A stretch of DNA of 64,000 nt from Squalus acanthias (Eukaryota), in the NCBI GenBank assembly GCA_030390025.1, contig JASTWF010000036.1, positions 3,040,001 through 3,104,000 on the forward strand, read 5' to 3'. Made by a program: the position numbers and the translations under genes. How positions within the stretch are numbered: position 1 is the stretch's first letter; each line of letters starts with the position of its first letter. Shown here piece after piece: positions 1 through 12,800 of the stretch. The notes beneath the pieces are model-generated. The model was not told where the DNA came from. It saw only the letters and a program-made list of their open reading frames with translations, and searched no databases.

Positions 1-257
1 CTTAATGGACGACTCAGCAGCATTATTGCAGGTGCACTCTGACTGGCTGCTCAGTTGCGCGCAAGTTGTAAAGTACCCATCCTTCAAGACAGTGCACCTA
101 TTGAAGTCACACATCATGAGTGTGCTAAAAGAAAGTGACAACAGTTACTGTCATTGAACCCACGATCAGTCCACCAGGAATAAATTAAACTCCACGGTTT
201 GATCATGGGCCTTGTCTAAAGGTTGCGTAGGACAAAGCAATGCCTTCGATATTTATA

Positions 258-710
258 AAGAAAGAAAAAGGATTTGCATTTATATAGCGCCTTTCACGAT
301 CACCGGACGTCCCAAAGCGCTTTCCAGCCAATGAAGTACTTTTTGAGGTGCAGTCACTGTTGTAATGTAGGAAAGCGGCAGCCAATTTGCGCACAGCAAG
401 CTCCCACAAACAGCAAAGTGATAATGACCAGATAATCTGTTTTTGTTATGTTGGTTGAGGGATAAATAATGGCCAGGACACCGGGGAGAACTCCCCTGCT
501 CTTCTTCAAAATAGTGCCATGGGATCTTTTAAGTCCACCTGAGAGAGCAGACGGGGCCTCGGTTTAACGTCTCATCCGAAAGATGGCACCTCCGACAGTG
601 CAGCACTGGAGTGTCAGCCTAGATTTTTGTGCGCAAGTCTCTGGAGTGGGACTGTGAACCCACAACCTTCTGACTCAGAGGCGAGGGTGCTACCCACTGA
701 GCCACAGCTG
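258..710 (-). mobile_element. tRNA-headed SINE, SacSINE1/DeuSINE-like
   Basis: Minus strand begins tgtggctcagtgggtagc (Pol III A box) with a B-box-like ggttcacagtccc and ends aggcgctatataaatgcaa. Several other copies are present in the window. Confidence 0.8.
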
Positions 711-2204
711 GTATTTCCTGAATTGATACTATGTTCTATGGGAATTAGTATTTTCAGTTGCTTTGGGTGGGAATCTGTTCAGTTGAAAATGAGAGTACTT
801 GAGACAATTTACGATTGATAACAGTTAACAATGTAGATAAAACTGAAATATCAATGCAAGAGGGTTGATATCATAGCGTACCTCTGCATCAGCGCTAGTC
901 AGAGGTAAATCATTAACCTAGAGATAAAAGTGCAGGTATCAAATCCATCTAACTGGTCACCCATAATATGCATATGGATATATTTGCCTCTGGTTGCTGT
1001 AATGAGTGTCAAGTGTTACTCCCTCCTGAAATTAAAGAGGGGAGGATAAGATGCACTTGGTACTGGGATCACATTGTAGATGGTGGAGAAAGCAGGAGAT
1101 GATCTGGCAGATGCAAAGGCTAAGGGGATGGAAGTTAACAAACAGGAAACGGGGCAGACTAATTATGGGACCTTCTTAACCGCAGACAAGGGGAAAGTTT
1201 TCAGATGCTGGTGGACCAGATATACATTTCCTGTATTCATTGTTGATAATGAAGGGTTATTAGGAGGCAGGACTATCCTGGCTCCCATAGAGCAAGCAAC
1301 AGAGCCCCATTAAAACAGAACTGCTGGGCCTATTTCTCTTCCCGTGGCAAAAGGGCTTCACCCCCACTCCACAACTGCCATGACTGAAATCAGGGGATCT
1401 CTTTGCCATAGGCCCCTGTCCCATCATGCTGTGGTGCAGTGCATCATAACATTCACCAACTGGCCCTTGAGTGACTGACTTCTTGTCACATGACAATCCC
1501 AATGATTAACACGGACAAAAACAGTAGCCCTTTTTACCCACTGACAATATGCTATTCGTAAGGTAGTTGAATATAATTCTTACAGTTACATTACCTACTG
1601 CCAATATTGGAGAGGCAAATTCCAGCCTATGCCACTCTTAACAGCTCCTCTGTGTTAAAGGACGTTTATTTGAGCTACAGGGGAGTCAAGGGTTACGGGG
1701 AACAGGCAGGGAAGTGGAGTTGAGGCCAAAATCAGATCAGCCATGATCTTATTGAATGGCAGAGCAGGCTCGAGGGCCGAATGGCCGACTCCTGCTCCTA
1801 TTTCTTTTGCTCTTATGTTCTTAAAGTAGAGAGTTTGTAGTTTTCCTCTACACTGTATTATGACTTCATGAGACTTGCACCAACCATTTAGTACAGACAT
1901 CAAATGGATGTGAATCATTAACTTTTGTACATGTGCTTATGTCATCCTGGGGCAGATCATCAAAGGAACACTTAACGAAAAGCAAGATTATGGAGCAGTG
2001 GCGCAATCAACGGCAATGTATTGTATCATGAAATGGCAGACGCCCAGGATTGGGCAACTTGCCTGCTCTCCCAGCAAGGAATGGTGGGGGGGGGGGGGGG
2101 GGGGGAAGCAATAAACACACCTCTCAAAATTAGAACATTATTTAGAAGAAATTGCGGCCATTGACCTTTCTCAAGACTTTCTTGACACGTGATCTGAGAA
2201 ATAA

Positions 2205-2248
2205 AATAAAACACAAACATTTAGAAAAAGCAGGTAAACCTTTTTATT
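2205..2248 (-). terminator. Candidate polyadenylation signal with downstream GU/U-rich element
   Basis: Minus-strand AATAAA at 2243-2248, followed about 25 nt later by tgtttgtgttttattttatt, and preceded by AT-rich, UTR-like sequence. Confidence 0.4.
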
Positions 2249-4859
2249 ATTGTAAAAAGTAAATCATTTGCACACACATATATAAAATGAACAATACACA
2301 GTCAGTCAACATAGTTCACCTTTGATTTCACCATTGATAAAACCAGGCTACCTTTCATATGCCTATAGCAACCATGACTTATAGTTTTTTTTTAAATGAT
2401 TAATTTTGCCTTTCCCTTTGTTGGCCAGATCATAGAACCACAGAAGTTTACAGCACAGAAAGAGGCCATTCGGCCCATCGTGCCTGTGCTCGAGCAGACC
2501 AAACTAATCCCACTGCCCCGCTCTTTCCCTAAAGCCCTGTAGCTTACTTTTGCTTCAAATGTTTACCCACTCTTCCCTTAAAAGATGCAATGGTCCCTCC
2601 ACCAAGGGCCGAGATGATTTCAGCACTGCGCCCAATGCTGTTCAGACACAGGGCTAGAAGGCGGCAAGTGGGACCAAGCATCATGTCCTTCACTAACCCA
2701 CAACGATGTAACATCATTGTTCCAACAGTACTCCATCTTTCTCTGCAGCAACATAACTTGGTCAACTGACTGGAAGATTTAGATTTGTATACCCAATCGA
2801 ACAGTTGGAACCAAAAATCCAATCGTCTGATCGGACCTTTTGAATTTTTAAAAAAGGAGGTTCTCTGCTCCTAGAATAAACTGTTACAGGGCCCAAGTGA
2901 AAATTGCTGAAACTCAGGGGAGTTTGAGTGACAAGGCAGCCACGGTGATTAGGCAGACTTTTTTTTACCCTAGTATTGTCTGCTGTGTATTATCCTTTGC
3001 ACAATAAATAGCTATCACATATGGAACAGTTAATCAAGAGAGAGACAGAAAGCTTAAACACATAAGACTGAAAATTACAGTGAATGATGGCATCACACGA
3101 ACACGCAACGCCTTCCGATTAAAATTCCCCTCTCCTTGTATTTTAGTAGAAGTTAACCCATTGAGCTTACACGTGTTAATGCCTCCATTAGAATAGCGGA
3201 GGAGGAATGGAATAGGAACAGGTGAAGCATTCGCGTGATAACATCACTCAGCAATTTCCAGGCGACATAGAAGATGCTTCGTTTTTGGTGTTGAAAAAAA
3301 TAAGAATCAGAATTTTTGTACACAACTATATTGAATAATGGAGAGGAGATAGGGGTTCACCATAACCAATATACACCTCATTGGGCAGTCATAATCAGAC
3401 ATTAACCCATTCTTAACTAAAGCAACAGTCTAAACAAAAAGCAACCATGAATAGCCATACATTCTCTCCATGAAAAAGGTCAGAAACATAAAATCTTACA
3501 TTATCATTGAACTTACAGGTGCCACATTTAATCAGCATTACTAGTCGGTTCATCTCAATTACACCGTTACATGCCTGTTTCTCTTAAGTGGGTAACTTTT
3601 TGAAATCCCATCATTACTAGATTATCTGGCCTGTGACAGTTCTGTGATTAATATGGATTTATTGGAAAAAGTTTTGTAAAAAGAGTTATTGACCTCATTA
3701 CAGAGATCTGTAAGCCGTACTGAGCAGATCATTTTCGCTAAAGCTTTTTTCTCGTCAACTGCTGCGAGACCATAATAGTCAAAATCCCCTCTAGTACACC
3801 ACAGAACCAGATGGCTACCTGGTATCAATATTGGGGGGGGGGGGGGGGGGGTGGCACTAGTGTGGTAGTTAGCAGCAGCCAAACATTACATAGAAAGGCT
3901 AACTGATTCAAAATGAAATGAATTTGGATATTGTACTAAAAAAAAAATAACCGGGTATTCAAAGCTGAAACATACTCCCAGCACGTGTGGCGCTGGCCGC
4001 TCTGGCTGCCTGCCTCTCTTCTGTGGTCTTGGCCGCGCCCGAGTGGCCCTGGGGAAGGAGCACGCGGTATCCACCGGTACGCTTGAAGCCTTCCGCGACC
4101 GGTGGGCACCGCAAGGGACTGGAGGACATAGTGGACATCGGCAATAATGTTTAATTTTCTAAGTTTCCTTTGTTTTATGGTTTTGTTCCTTATTGTCCCC
4201 CTAAAAAAAAGGGCACTTTGGTTTTTGTTAGATGACACTGAGGCAATCCACTGTTTCCTCAGTGGCTTTATCCAAGAATGTGGCACGGTTTTCACCTGCT
4301 TTTCTGGATCACGTGCAGTCTCGCCGTGGTCAGCACCACCTTGAAGCCGTTTTCTCATCTTCTCCCAACAAAACATCCTCTCCTCTCACAAAGCTCTCCC
4401 GTGATTCCTCGTGCCCCGTCCATTCTGTGATTGGTTGCAGGCACTTGAATTTTGGCGCCCAAACGGTGGTTACTGAAGGAGGTTGCACAGCGGGAGACCC
4501 CTGTATCGGGCTGAAGGAGACTTGGTGCAGGGTCATCTGCTGGTGGAGGAAGACTTTGCACAACAAGCATTTTTTTTTGCTGCTTTGCATTGTTTTAGCC
4601 GCTACCCTTTGCTGCATTACGTCAATGAGGCACGAGTGAAAGAAAGCAATGAAATTCTGCGACATGCTAGAGACCAGCTTGCACTGAATCCGATTTGAAC
4701 TATGTTTTTCCTTTGCGCTTCTGTGCTGCTTTCCCTTTGGGAAATACTGCTTTTAAACAGCCTTGAATTAATGATTTTTTAAACATGTATTTTGCCAATT
4801 ATTCAGTACTTGAAAACGTTGGGCTCTGATGAAAGTACAAATAGATAAGCAGCCAATAA

Positions 4860-5660
4860 AGGAAGAATGCTCCTGGTCCTGGTCACCGCAAGTAGCCAAG
4901 TCTAGGAGAAAATCTGAAGGCTTGGGTTGGGGAGCAAGATTTAAAGAGGCTGCACGGTTATGATTTGGCAGAAGATAAAGGCTTTGACAAAAGAGCTGAA
5001 TTTTGGAGATGTCAATGGTGGCGCTGTACCACAAGCCCAAGAGATGAAACGTTGTATCAGAAGTCGGATAACTGTTGGTCAACAGTTACCTGATGACTGA
5101 TAAGAGGTTGATGCCTGTGATCCTTATATCAGGGATGTTCGTGAAAATCATGGCAGCAGCACTGCATCATCGATAGGAATGACAAGCATGGCGAAAATTC
5201 ACATTACAGTGGAATTGTCTCTTAAAGCTGAAGACAATGGTGATTTCCCAGCGGGCAATCACACATATGGAGTAAAGCTGCTTTCAGATGTATTCCTAAC
5301 TTCCCACAGAAATGGTTGGATGAACGAGGAATTTATGCAAGCGTGGATTGACAATCACAGGAAGACATGGCCTGGCACATTTCTTAGAGCACATGTTACT
5401 TTTATCATCATGGACTCCATCCGAAAGCACATGTGGCTATGATTCTCAGCCTCACCACAATGTTTCCATCCTGAAGATGTTTCGGTTGATGGTTCCTCTA
5501 TATACATTCTAAGGTTGTGTTGGGAAATTCGATGACCAAAAGTGGGCATCCATTTACTTCTTCTGCCAGCTTAAGACGGGCAAATTGCCAGTGGCTTGTT
5601 GATGCAGTTGAACTATCTGCCGAGTACAATGGATTATGCAAAGCAGAACTGCTGAAGTCT
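4860..5660 (+). pseudogene. Decayed pogo/Tigger-family (POGK-like) transposase remnant
   Basis: Fragments in order across frameshifts: GPGHRK*PSLGENLKAWVGEQ (CENP-B-type HTH), NGWMNEEFMQAWID...FIIMDSIRKH, FHPEDVSVD...LRLCWE (cf. QPLDVSVN), and HPFTSSASLRRANCQWLVDA. Confidence 0.65.
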
Positions 5661-8469
5661 ACAGATGAAGATGCAACTAGAGATGGTATGGAGAACAATG
5701 GTCTCAATGACCAGCAGGTCTTGCAAAGTCTTCTCAGGGACAGCAGTCTTGGATGGGCACTTGAATTATTGGCTTCCATTTTTTTTACAAAGCTTTTTCA
5801 TTTGACAATTATTCACAGTTGATATAAAAAAAAACACTCAAATATTTGCGCCTATCTTGTTCTCACGCTGGTTTTTGCGACCAGATTTGCAAAGAACGGG
5901 TAATTTTTCAAGAAAGGTTACATTTGGAAAAGCCGCCTGTGTAGTGCTGCACCAGCCGTTTACAAATGCGAAAACAGTTCATACAAAGCCACACCCTATA
6001 GTCATCCAAATATTGTAGCAGCAGGCGCCAGCTGAAATGAATCCACTGAAAGAAGATACGGTCTAAGCAGCACAAGATTAACATTTTATTGCACAGGTAA
6101 ATCTATCTTTAACAAGAATTCACCCCCCTCCATTCTCCTGAGGGTGCCGACTGATGCTGGGGTACCTTTGCACAGGTGCTGGCTGTCCTCTGCTACCTTG
6201 GCCAAGTGGCCAATCTTCACACCCGAGTCTAGATAATAAGTACCAGTGGGGTATTCGCCCATGGGGGCATCACAGCCGAGACCAATCTTGTCCTTGCCTG
6301 ACGTCCACAGCTGCACGCTCTCCAGCAGGGGCGATCAGGAGCAGCAACCTGATTTACTTTCTTGCTTTCTAGCCAAGAGACACGGAGGCAAATTTAGCCT
6401 CCTATTGCCAGCCCGTGTGAGATCGACTAACATGGCATAGATTGAACCTGGCTCCGTTCCACGTTAGGCAGTGCATTTACCAACTGACCCGGAAAGGCAG
6501 CTATCTTTAACAAGGATGTTAAACCATTTTATGACCGTCTTTTTAAAAATAATCAGATTCGTCCATTCCAATCAAATGGAACACTTGCTGCCGCCATCAG
6601 TGAAGTGCCTTAACAATATAGAACTCAACAACTTCAGCTGGTGCTAAATCTTATGTCTATAAAAGATGTCTCATTAAAGGACTAGCTTAACTAGGCTAAG
6701 TTCCAAGCAGCGTTCTGTGTCCTCCAAAGTCTCTGGGGACTGCAGTGCAATTTGCTAAAGATTTCCAGTGTGACGGGCACACAGTACCATAACAAATGAA
6801 CCTAAAATTTCATCTTTTAAACCCAAGTTAAGATTTCCCTTCATTTAAAGCCCCTGTTTCATCCCTGTATGAAGAATGGAAGAGCCCATACCACTGCCAA
6901 CATCAAAGACAATTCACCTTATTAGGGACAAAATGACAACCAATTGGAGAGAAAAGTTAAACAATTGCTATTGACAGGAATTAATTCTTATTGGCGCTGA
7001 TACTCAAGAGTTTTTCCTCACCGAGATACAAAGTTATTAATTCGGGCAAAGACCTTGTAGAATGTGGACTCAGTTGCCACATTTCATGGCAACAGAAGTT
7101 TCATTGTATCAAGAGTCCATAATCAAGATTATAAATACATGTCAAACTTATGCCTATGAAAGGTGTTTCATTCTAACATTATAGAAAGGTTTCGTTGTAC
7201 TGTACCAAAGTGTAAAATTCTCCATTGATGGCCCAGTGCACAAGATCAAGATGATCCTTCAGCCCACTTGATCTCCTCCTTCCAAACGCACATTATCCTG
7301 AGCCTTCAGAGCGAGAGCACGTACTTTTACACTGCCCATTCCCCAATTCCAGGCAAGAAAGTCAGCTTGAAACCAGGACAGGTCTTCCCCAATAGGCAGA
7401 GAGGAGAATGGGAGGCCAAGTCAACCAGGGCTTCATTGACCCAGATATCTCCTGGTGAATTAAGAGGCCTGGGAGGAGGTTCACTGCTGCTTGTCCTCTC
7501 ATTTAGAGACTAGTGTGTGGAGAGGGAAGAGGAAGAAGATATTGAACTTTTAGGGATGGCTGGGGGAGATTGTAAATTAAAAAGAAAATGTATCATTTTC
7601 CATGGGAGCAGCATTATGCAGTTAAGAGAAACAGATTGTCAAATATTGATTAGTCAATAATTTAAGATCATAACCTCTTTATTTACCTAATTTTGCACTG
7701 AGTCTGAAATATCCAGATGCAAACCACAACATTGGAGTATAAAATCTGAGTCTTGATACGAGAATAGACAAAAGGTCCATTTTGAGGTTAACAACACAGA
7801 TTTTTCCTTGTGCCAAAATACAACAAGGTTACAGCAGCTCAATTTATTCAGAAAGGACTGTGAATGAAGAGTCTCTCTGTATCTCCATTCACTGTCATTT
7901 TCAAGGGACCAGGTTTGGGGAAAAAAAAACAGAGTCTGAATATTTACACTGCTTCATAGATCATACATAGCAGGAGACATTTTGGAACAGCTTTAAAAGG
8001 ATTCTCAAAACAATGTCAATTTTTTTATGTTCAAAAATGTTTTCACATGTAATGCCTTCAACTTGATCAATCAATGTCCATCTGTAGCCTCCTTGGCTGT
8101 TTGGATCCAGTACAGCAATAGACAGTAAACTGGTCATAATCAAAAGATTAATCACTGGCATGGTGAGGCTTTGTGGTAATTTAGAGCTCTCTCTATGCCC
8201 GTTCTCTCTTCCACTTTCTCTCCCAACTCTCTTCCCCCTTCTTTGTCATCTCTTCCTTTCTCCCTAATCTTTCCTTCACTCTGCCCCTTTCGCCCTATCT
8301 CTCCAAGTCTCTCTCCAAAATTATGTTTTACGAAATACGAGTGAAAATATCACTTAAAAAACATATTAATTTGTTCTTTAACCAGATCCAATTTATCAAT
8401 ATCCCTTCACTCATAATCCTTTTTTAGTTGATGTTTTAAATACCCTAGATCTCACTGCATTGTGTACCC

Positions 8470-8765
8470 TTTTACAAGAGAACTGGACCGGTTTTTGACT
8501 GGGGCGGTGATCACCTCGTAGAAAAGGTAGGTGATGTATAACATTAATCAGGGCCAGAGCGGTCTCCTGGACTAGTTTCCATCTCCTAAGAGGGTCGGAG
8601 AAGAATTTTCCAGATTTCTTTCCTCTGAATTGGCCTGGGTTTTTACCCCCTCCCTGGAGATCACATGGTCTCCGGTGGGGTGGGGTGGGGAGTGTACAAG
8701 GCATCGCAGTTGTGTGGGACAGGCTGGATGGACCGGAGGGTCTTTTCCTGTCCGTTATGTTCGTA
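8470..8765 (+). repeat. Interspersed repeat resembling a CR1 3' end (other copies about 27140-27360 and 41720-42010)
   Basis: Three diverged copies share ggaattttccaga...ttggcc(t/c)gg...gggaca(g/a)gct(g/t)g(a/c)tggac...tatgttc. Confidence 0.55.
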
Positions 8766-9807
8766 AAGTACTGGAGTGCACACTAGGATAAAAGTTGGCA
8801 GTTCACTCACACCTGGCTTTGTGCGGGATTCCTTTGAAGTTGCAGAGCAGCCATAGCAAGGATATCCCCACGCAGTGCACGCGTGGCACTGTCAGCTTTC
8901 AATCAGTGCGCACTACATGTGTTCTTGAGCATCTCTTTGAAAATCCTTCCAAAACTGGTTGAAGAACAATTTCCTTCAAACTCAGAAAAGAGTAAGCGTG
9001 CAAGCCGGTACTACTTTGAAATAGTGGATCAGAGTTCTTCTTTTCAATGCTGTGCATTTTTGTTTTCGACAGAGAATTGTGCTTTCTCTGCAAGAGCAAC
9101 TCCAACAGGCCTTTCAGTGCATTGCATCATTGTCGCAGACATAAGGGCCTATTACAGTTCAGATCCTCAACACACAATGCTTTAAAGTTTATGACAACTG
9201 CAAAATAAAACATCGCTGTAATTCTCAAAGACTTTGCAATGCTGAAGAGCCTCCTTAAAACACCTCCAACATTAAACGGTTTTGAAATAATGGTCCAGAA
9301 AGATCGGTTTTCTTCTGCCCTCTATACAAACCAATCCTTGTGCTTTCAAAGCGATGCCTTCTGGTTACAAGATGCAACTTACCTTTCGGCGTATAAAAGC
9401 AGCAGATAAACTAGCCAGGAGTATTCAAGAGACGGGTTTCTTACTTAAAGAAGTCCTCCAGAATGACGTCCACCGAAACAAAAGCTTGATGACAATCTTC
9501 CTTTAAGGGTGGAATGATGAATTTGGCTTCAGTCATGTTGTATTACTATGGTTACCTCCAAAGCCCAGCCACTTCCTGTCGCTGTAGGCCACCAAAGATG
9601 TTGAGGACTATTCACAGCATTCACTTTGGCTAATTTAAGCCTTCGTTTGAGAAAATCTTCTGAAGAAAAAGCTAAAAGCCACCTCTCTGATAAGGTTCGA
9701 ATTTGCCAGAGGAGTCTTCAATAGTTGCCAAGCAGTCATTGGGGTCGGGCGTTTATGCCTGGAGCAAAGACAGCGTCAGATCCTTTCACAGGAAGCCTGA
9801 TGGTCCA

Positions 9808-9891
9808 TCACTGTGCAGAGCCATTTCCAAAAATGGGGGTACCATTCATAGTGGGGTGAAAGCCTAGAATGCCATTGGGATCGTCTTTCAT
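9808..9891 (-). CDS. AHR: Candidate terminal coding exon 11 of AHR ([27 protein letters not shown])
   Basis: Strong polypyrimidine acceptor tctctccaattttcttttcccttttgtag|ATG; phase 0 matches the exon 10 donor; TGA at 9808-9810. I cannot verify homology for this peptide. Confidence 0.5.
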   Translation of the reverse strand: MKDDPNGILGFHPTMNGTPIFGNGSAQ

Positions 9892-12800
9892 CTACAAAAG
9901 GGAAAAGAAAATTGGAGAGACGTGATCAGAGCCACTGTTATACCCCGGCCCCCAAACCCACCCCATTCTTTGGAAGGTTACTCAGTTAGAAGTGTCTCAG
10001 TGTCCACTGGCAGAAAAGTGATTGCAATTCAGACACAAATGAAGGCCTGCAACCTGTCACTTTTTCCCTCATATGACAGGGGGGCAGGGATATATATATA
10101 TATATAGACCACTTTGTACCTCCTCTGCAATCCAGAGGAATAAATGAATCCTGCCAACCTCGAGGTTTGACATGGACGAGCAAAGTCATCTGCCATTTGC
10201 AGAGTGCCCATGGCAAACTCGGGAGTCACTCTCACTGTACTTTTCTACCCCCGGCTCACCAATTTCTGCCTCCTCCTCTCCTGAAGACATTGACCCCTTA
10301 CATGAGGGGCGCGATTCCACGGGTGCCTCAGTCAAGCGGCCATTCTATATCCATGATCCTCAACAGCACCCTTTCTGTATGTTTTCTTTAAAAAAAAAGA
10401 CTGCAGTTTCTCGATGGAGCACACAGATCAGATATGGGGCAAAGCCAAGTCTCACCTGTCCTTAACAGTTTATTGCAACCAGCAAAGGAAAATACCATTG
10501 AGCACAGCTCCACCCTGATCAAAACCAGCACGACCATGTGCACCCGTGTATGTCGGGAGGGGAACAGCAGAAGCAGCAGTGTTAATCTGGTCCAGTGTCA
10601 GTGGCCAGATAAAGAGCAGCAACAGTAGATGGCTGGATATGCTCAGCCTGAGGATTCTTGGCCATGTGGGAGATCCAGAGAACCAGAATAATAGTAAAAA
10701 AAAAAGGGCAATATGCGGAAAGGAAATTTTACATTTCTTGTGAGCAAATTGCAATCGTACCTGTAAAACACCCAGTTGTGCTTTGCTCGTTTTTATTTGA
10801 TCGTAACATTTTTTTCAATTAAAATCAGAGGAGATGGTGTAACAAGCAAATAGTTGTGTCAAAGTATAGAACAAGTTCCCACAGGAGTGGAGATATCAAG
10901 GCCGAGGTTTCTGCACTCTCAAGCCCGTGAGGTAAAACACAAGGAGCTCATCATTGTGGTGAATTAAAAAGACTTAATAGTACCTTACCACATCTCTTAG
11001 AAATGTCTCAAAGCTCTTCACATGCAATTGGTTGCTATGAAGTTCAGTGGTTCTGTTATGTAAACAAACATGGCAGTCACCTTGCACATGGTAAAACCTA
11101 ACAAACAGCATTGAGGTGAATGACCAGTTTATCTGTTTTTGATGCCATGGAATCTTCACCAGAATAGGTTTATTGGCTAGTCCAAAAGACAGCACCTCCG
11201 ACACTGCAGCACTCCCTCAGTACCGTACGGAGTGTCAGCCAGGATTTCGTGCTCAAGTCTCTAGAGTGGAGCTTGAAGCCACGTCCTTCTGACTCAAAGA
11301 GGTGAGAGTGCTGCCAAATGAGCCAAGCTGAAACCTGGTATGAAATTCCTCTGTCTGCTATTTAAATGAAGCCATTAACCCATTTAAAATAAATTTTCAT
11401 TAAAATAGAATTGCATCGAATGTACAGCACAGAAACAGGCCATTCGGCCCAACACCATGCCGGTGCTTATGCTCCACATGAGCCTCCTCCCACCCTACTT
11501 CATCTCACCCCATCAACATAACCTTTGATTTCTTTTTCCTGCATGTACTTATCTAGCTTCCCCTTCAATGCATATTGATGTATTTTCAGGGACATTATGA
11601 TCTCCCTCAGTCACAGTGCCCACCATGGGCATGCAACCCAAGTTAAAATCCTACTAACAATAGGTACACGAGGTCCAGCAGCTCATTGTCTGAGGTGCCG
11701 TCTTAAGGAATTTCGTAGGAATAAGATTTTTCACTAATATCATACATGCACGATATCAACTCATACGGACAGCTGCCCAATCTTATCTTGACTGAAACAC
11801 ATTGAAGGGCTTCTCTACATGGGTAAGACATAAAGCAGACATCCAGTTGACAAGATATAACCCTGAGCCGACTGCACTGTGCCTAAGTTAAACTCAATGC
11901 TCTAAACTCTATGCAGATAATGCTTTCTTGGAGCTTGTGCTCAAAAAGCCCGTTTATTAACGTACGTAATAAACATTCAACACTTTTTGTTACAAAGTAG
12001 ACTTCAGTACCCAACAGGGTTAACGTTTGAAGATATTGGAAATTTGTTTCATAGGAACAGGAGGAGGCCATTCAGCCCCTCGAGCCTGTTCCGCCATTCA
12101 ATCAGATGAGGGCTGATCTGTACCTCAACTCCATTTACCTGCCGTTGATCCATATCCCTCGATACCCTTACCCAATAAAAAAATCTATCATCTCAGTCTT
12201 GAAAATTTCAGTTGTCCAAGCATCCACAACTTTTTGGAGGAGAAAGTTCCAGCTTTCCACTAGCGTGTGTGGAAAAAGTGCTTCCTAATTTCACTCCCGA
12301 ATGGCCTTGCTCCAAGTTTAAGACTGCACCCGCTGGTTCTGAATTCCTCCAGAGGAATTAGGTTCTTTGTATCTAATCCCGATCAAATCCCTTAATCATT
12401 CTAAAGACCTTGATTAGATCATCCCTCAACAACCAGTCTTCATAATTTAATCCTTTAAGCCCTGGTTTCATACTGGTGAATCGGCACTGCCCCCCCGCTC
12501 CAAGGCCGATATATCCTTCCTGAGGTGTGGTGCCCAGGACGCACAGTTCTCCAGATGGGGTCTAACCAGAGCACTGTACAACTGACACCATAACTTTAAC
12601 CCCTTTGTATTCCAGACCCTTTGAGATAAAGGCCAACATTCCATTCGTCTTTTTGTACCTGTCCACTAGCTATTAGAGATTTGTGTACTTGGACGTATTC
12701 TTGGAGGTTTCATCACATGACCTCCCACCTCCGACAGCCCCACCCAAATAGCCTTTTCTTCCCCCTCCTCCAATATTTTTTATAATCAATACACAAAAGT

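Noticed and set aside
258..710. tRNA gene
   Set aside because: The A/B boxes form the head of a multi-copy SINE; no full cloverleaf is evident.
4820..4860. CTGATGA as another hammerhead core
   Set aside because: No stem II or properly placed GAAA follows it.
10259..10390. Alternative exon 11 candidate (tttttaaag acceptor, gtgag donor)
   Set aside because: All three frames from that acceptor stop before the donor, and the acceptor at 9891 is stronger. It is not fully excluded as a short terminal exon.
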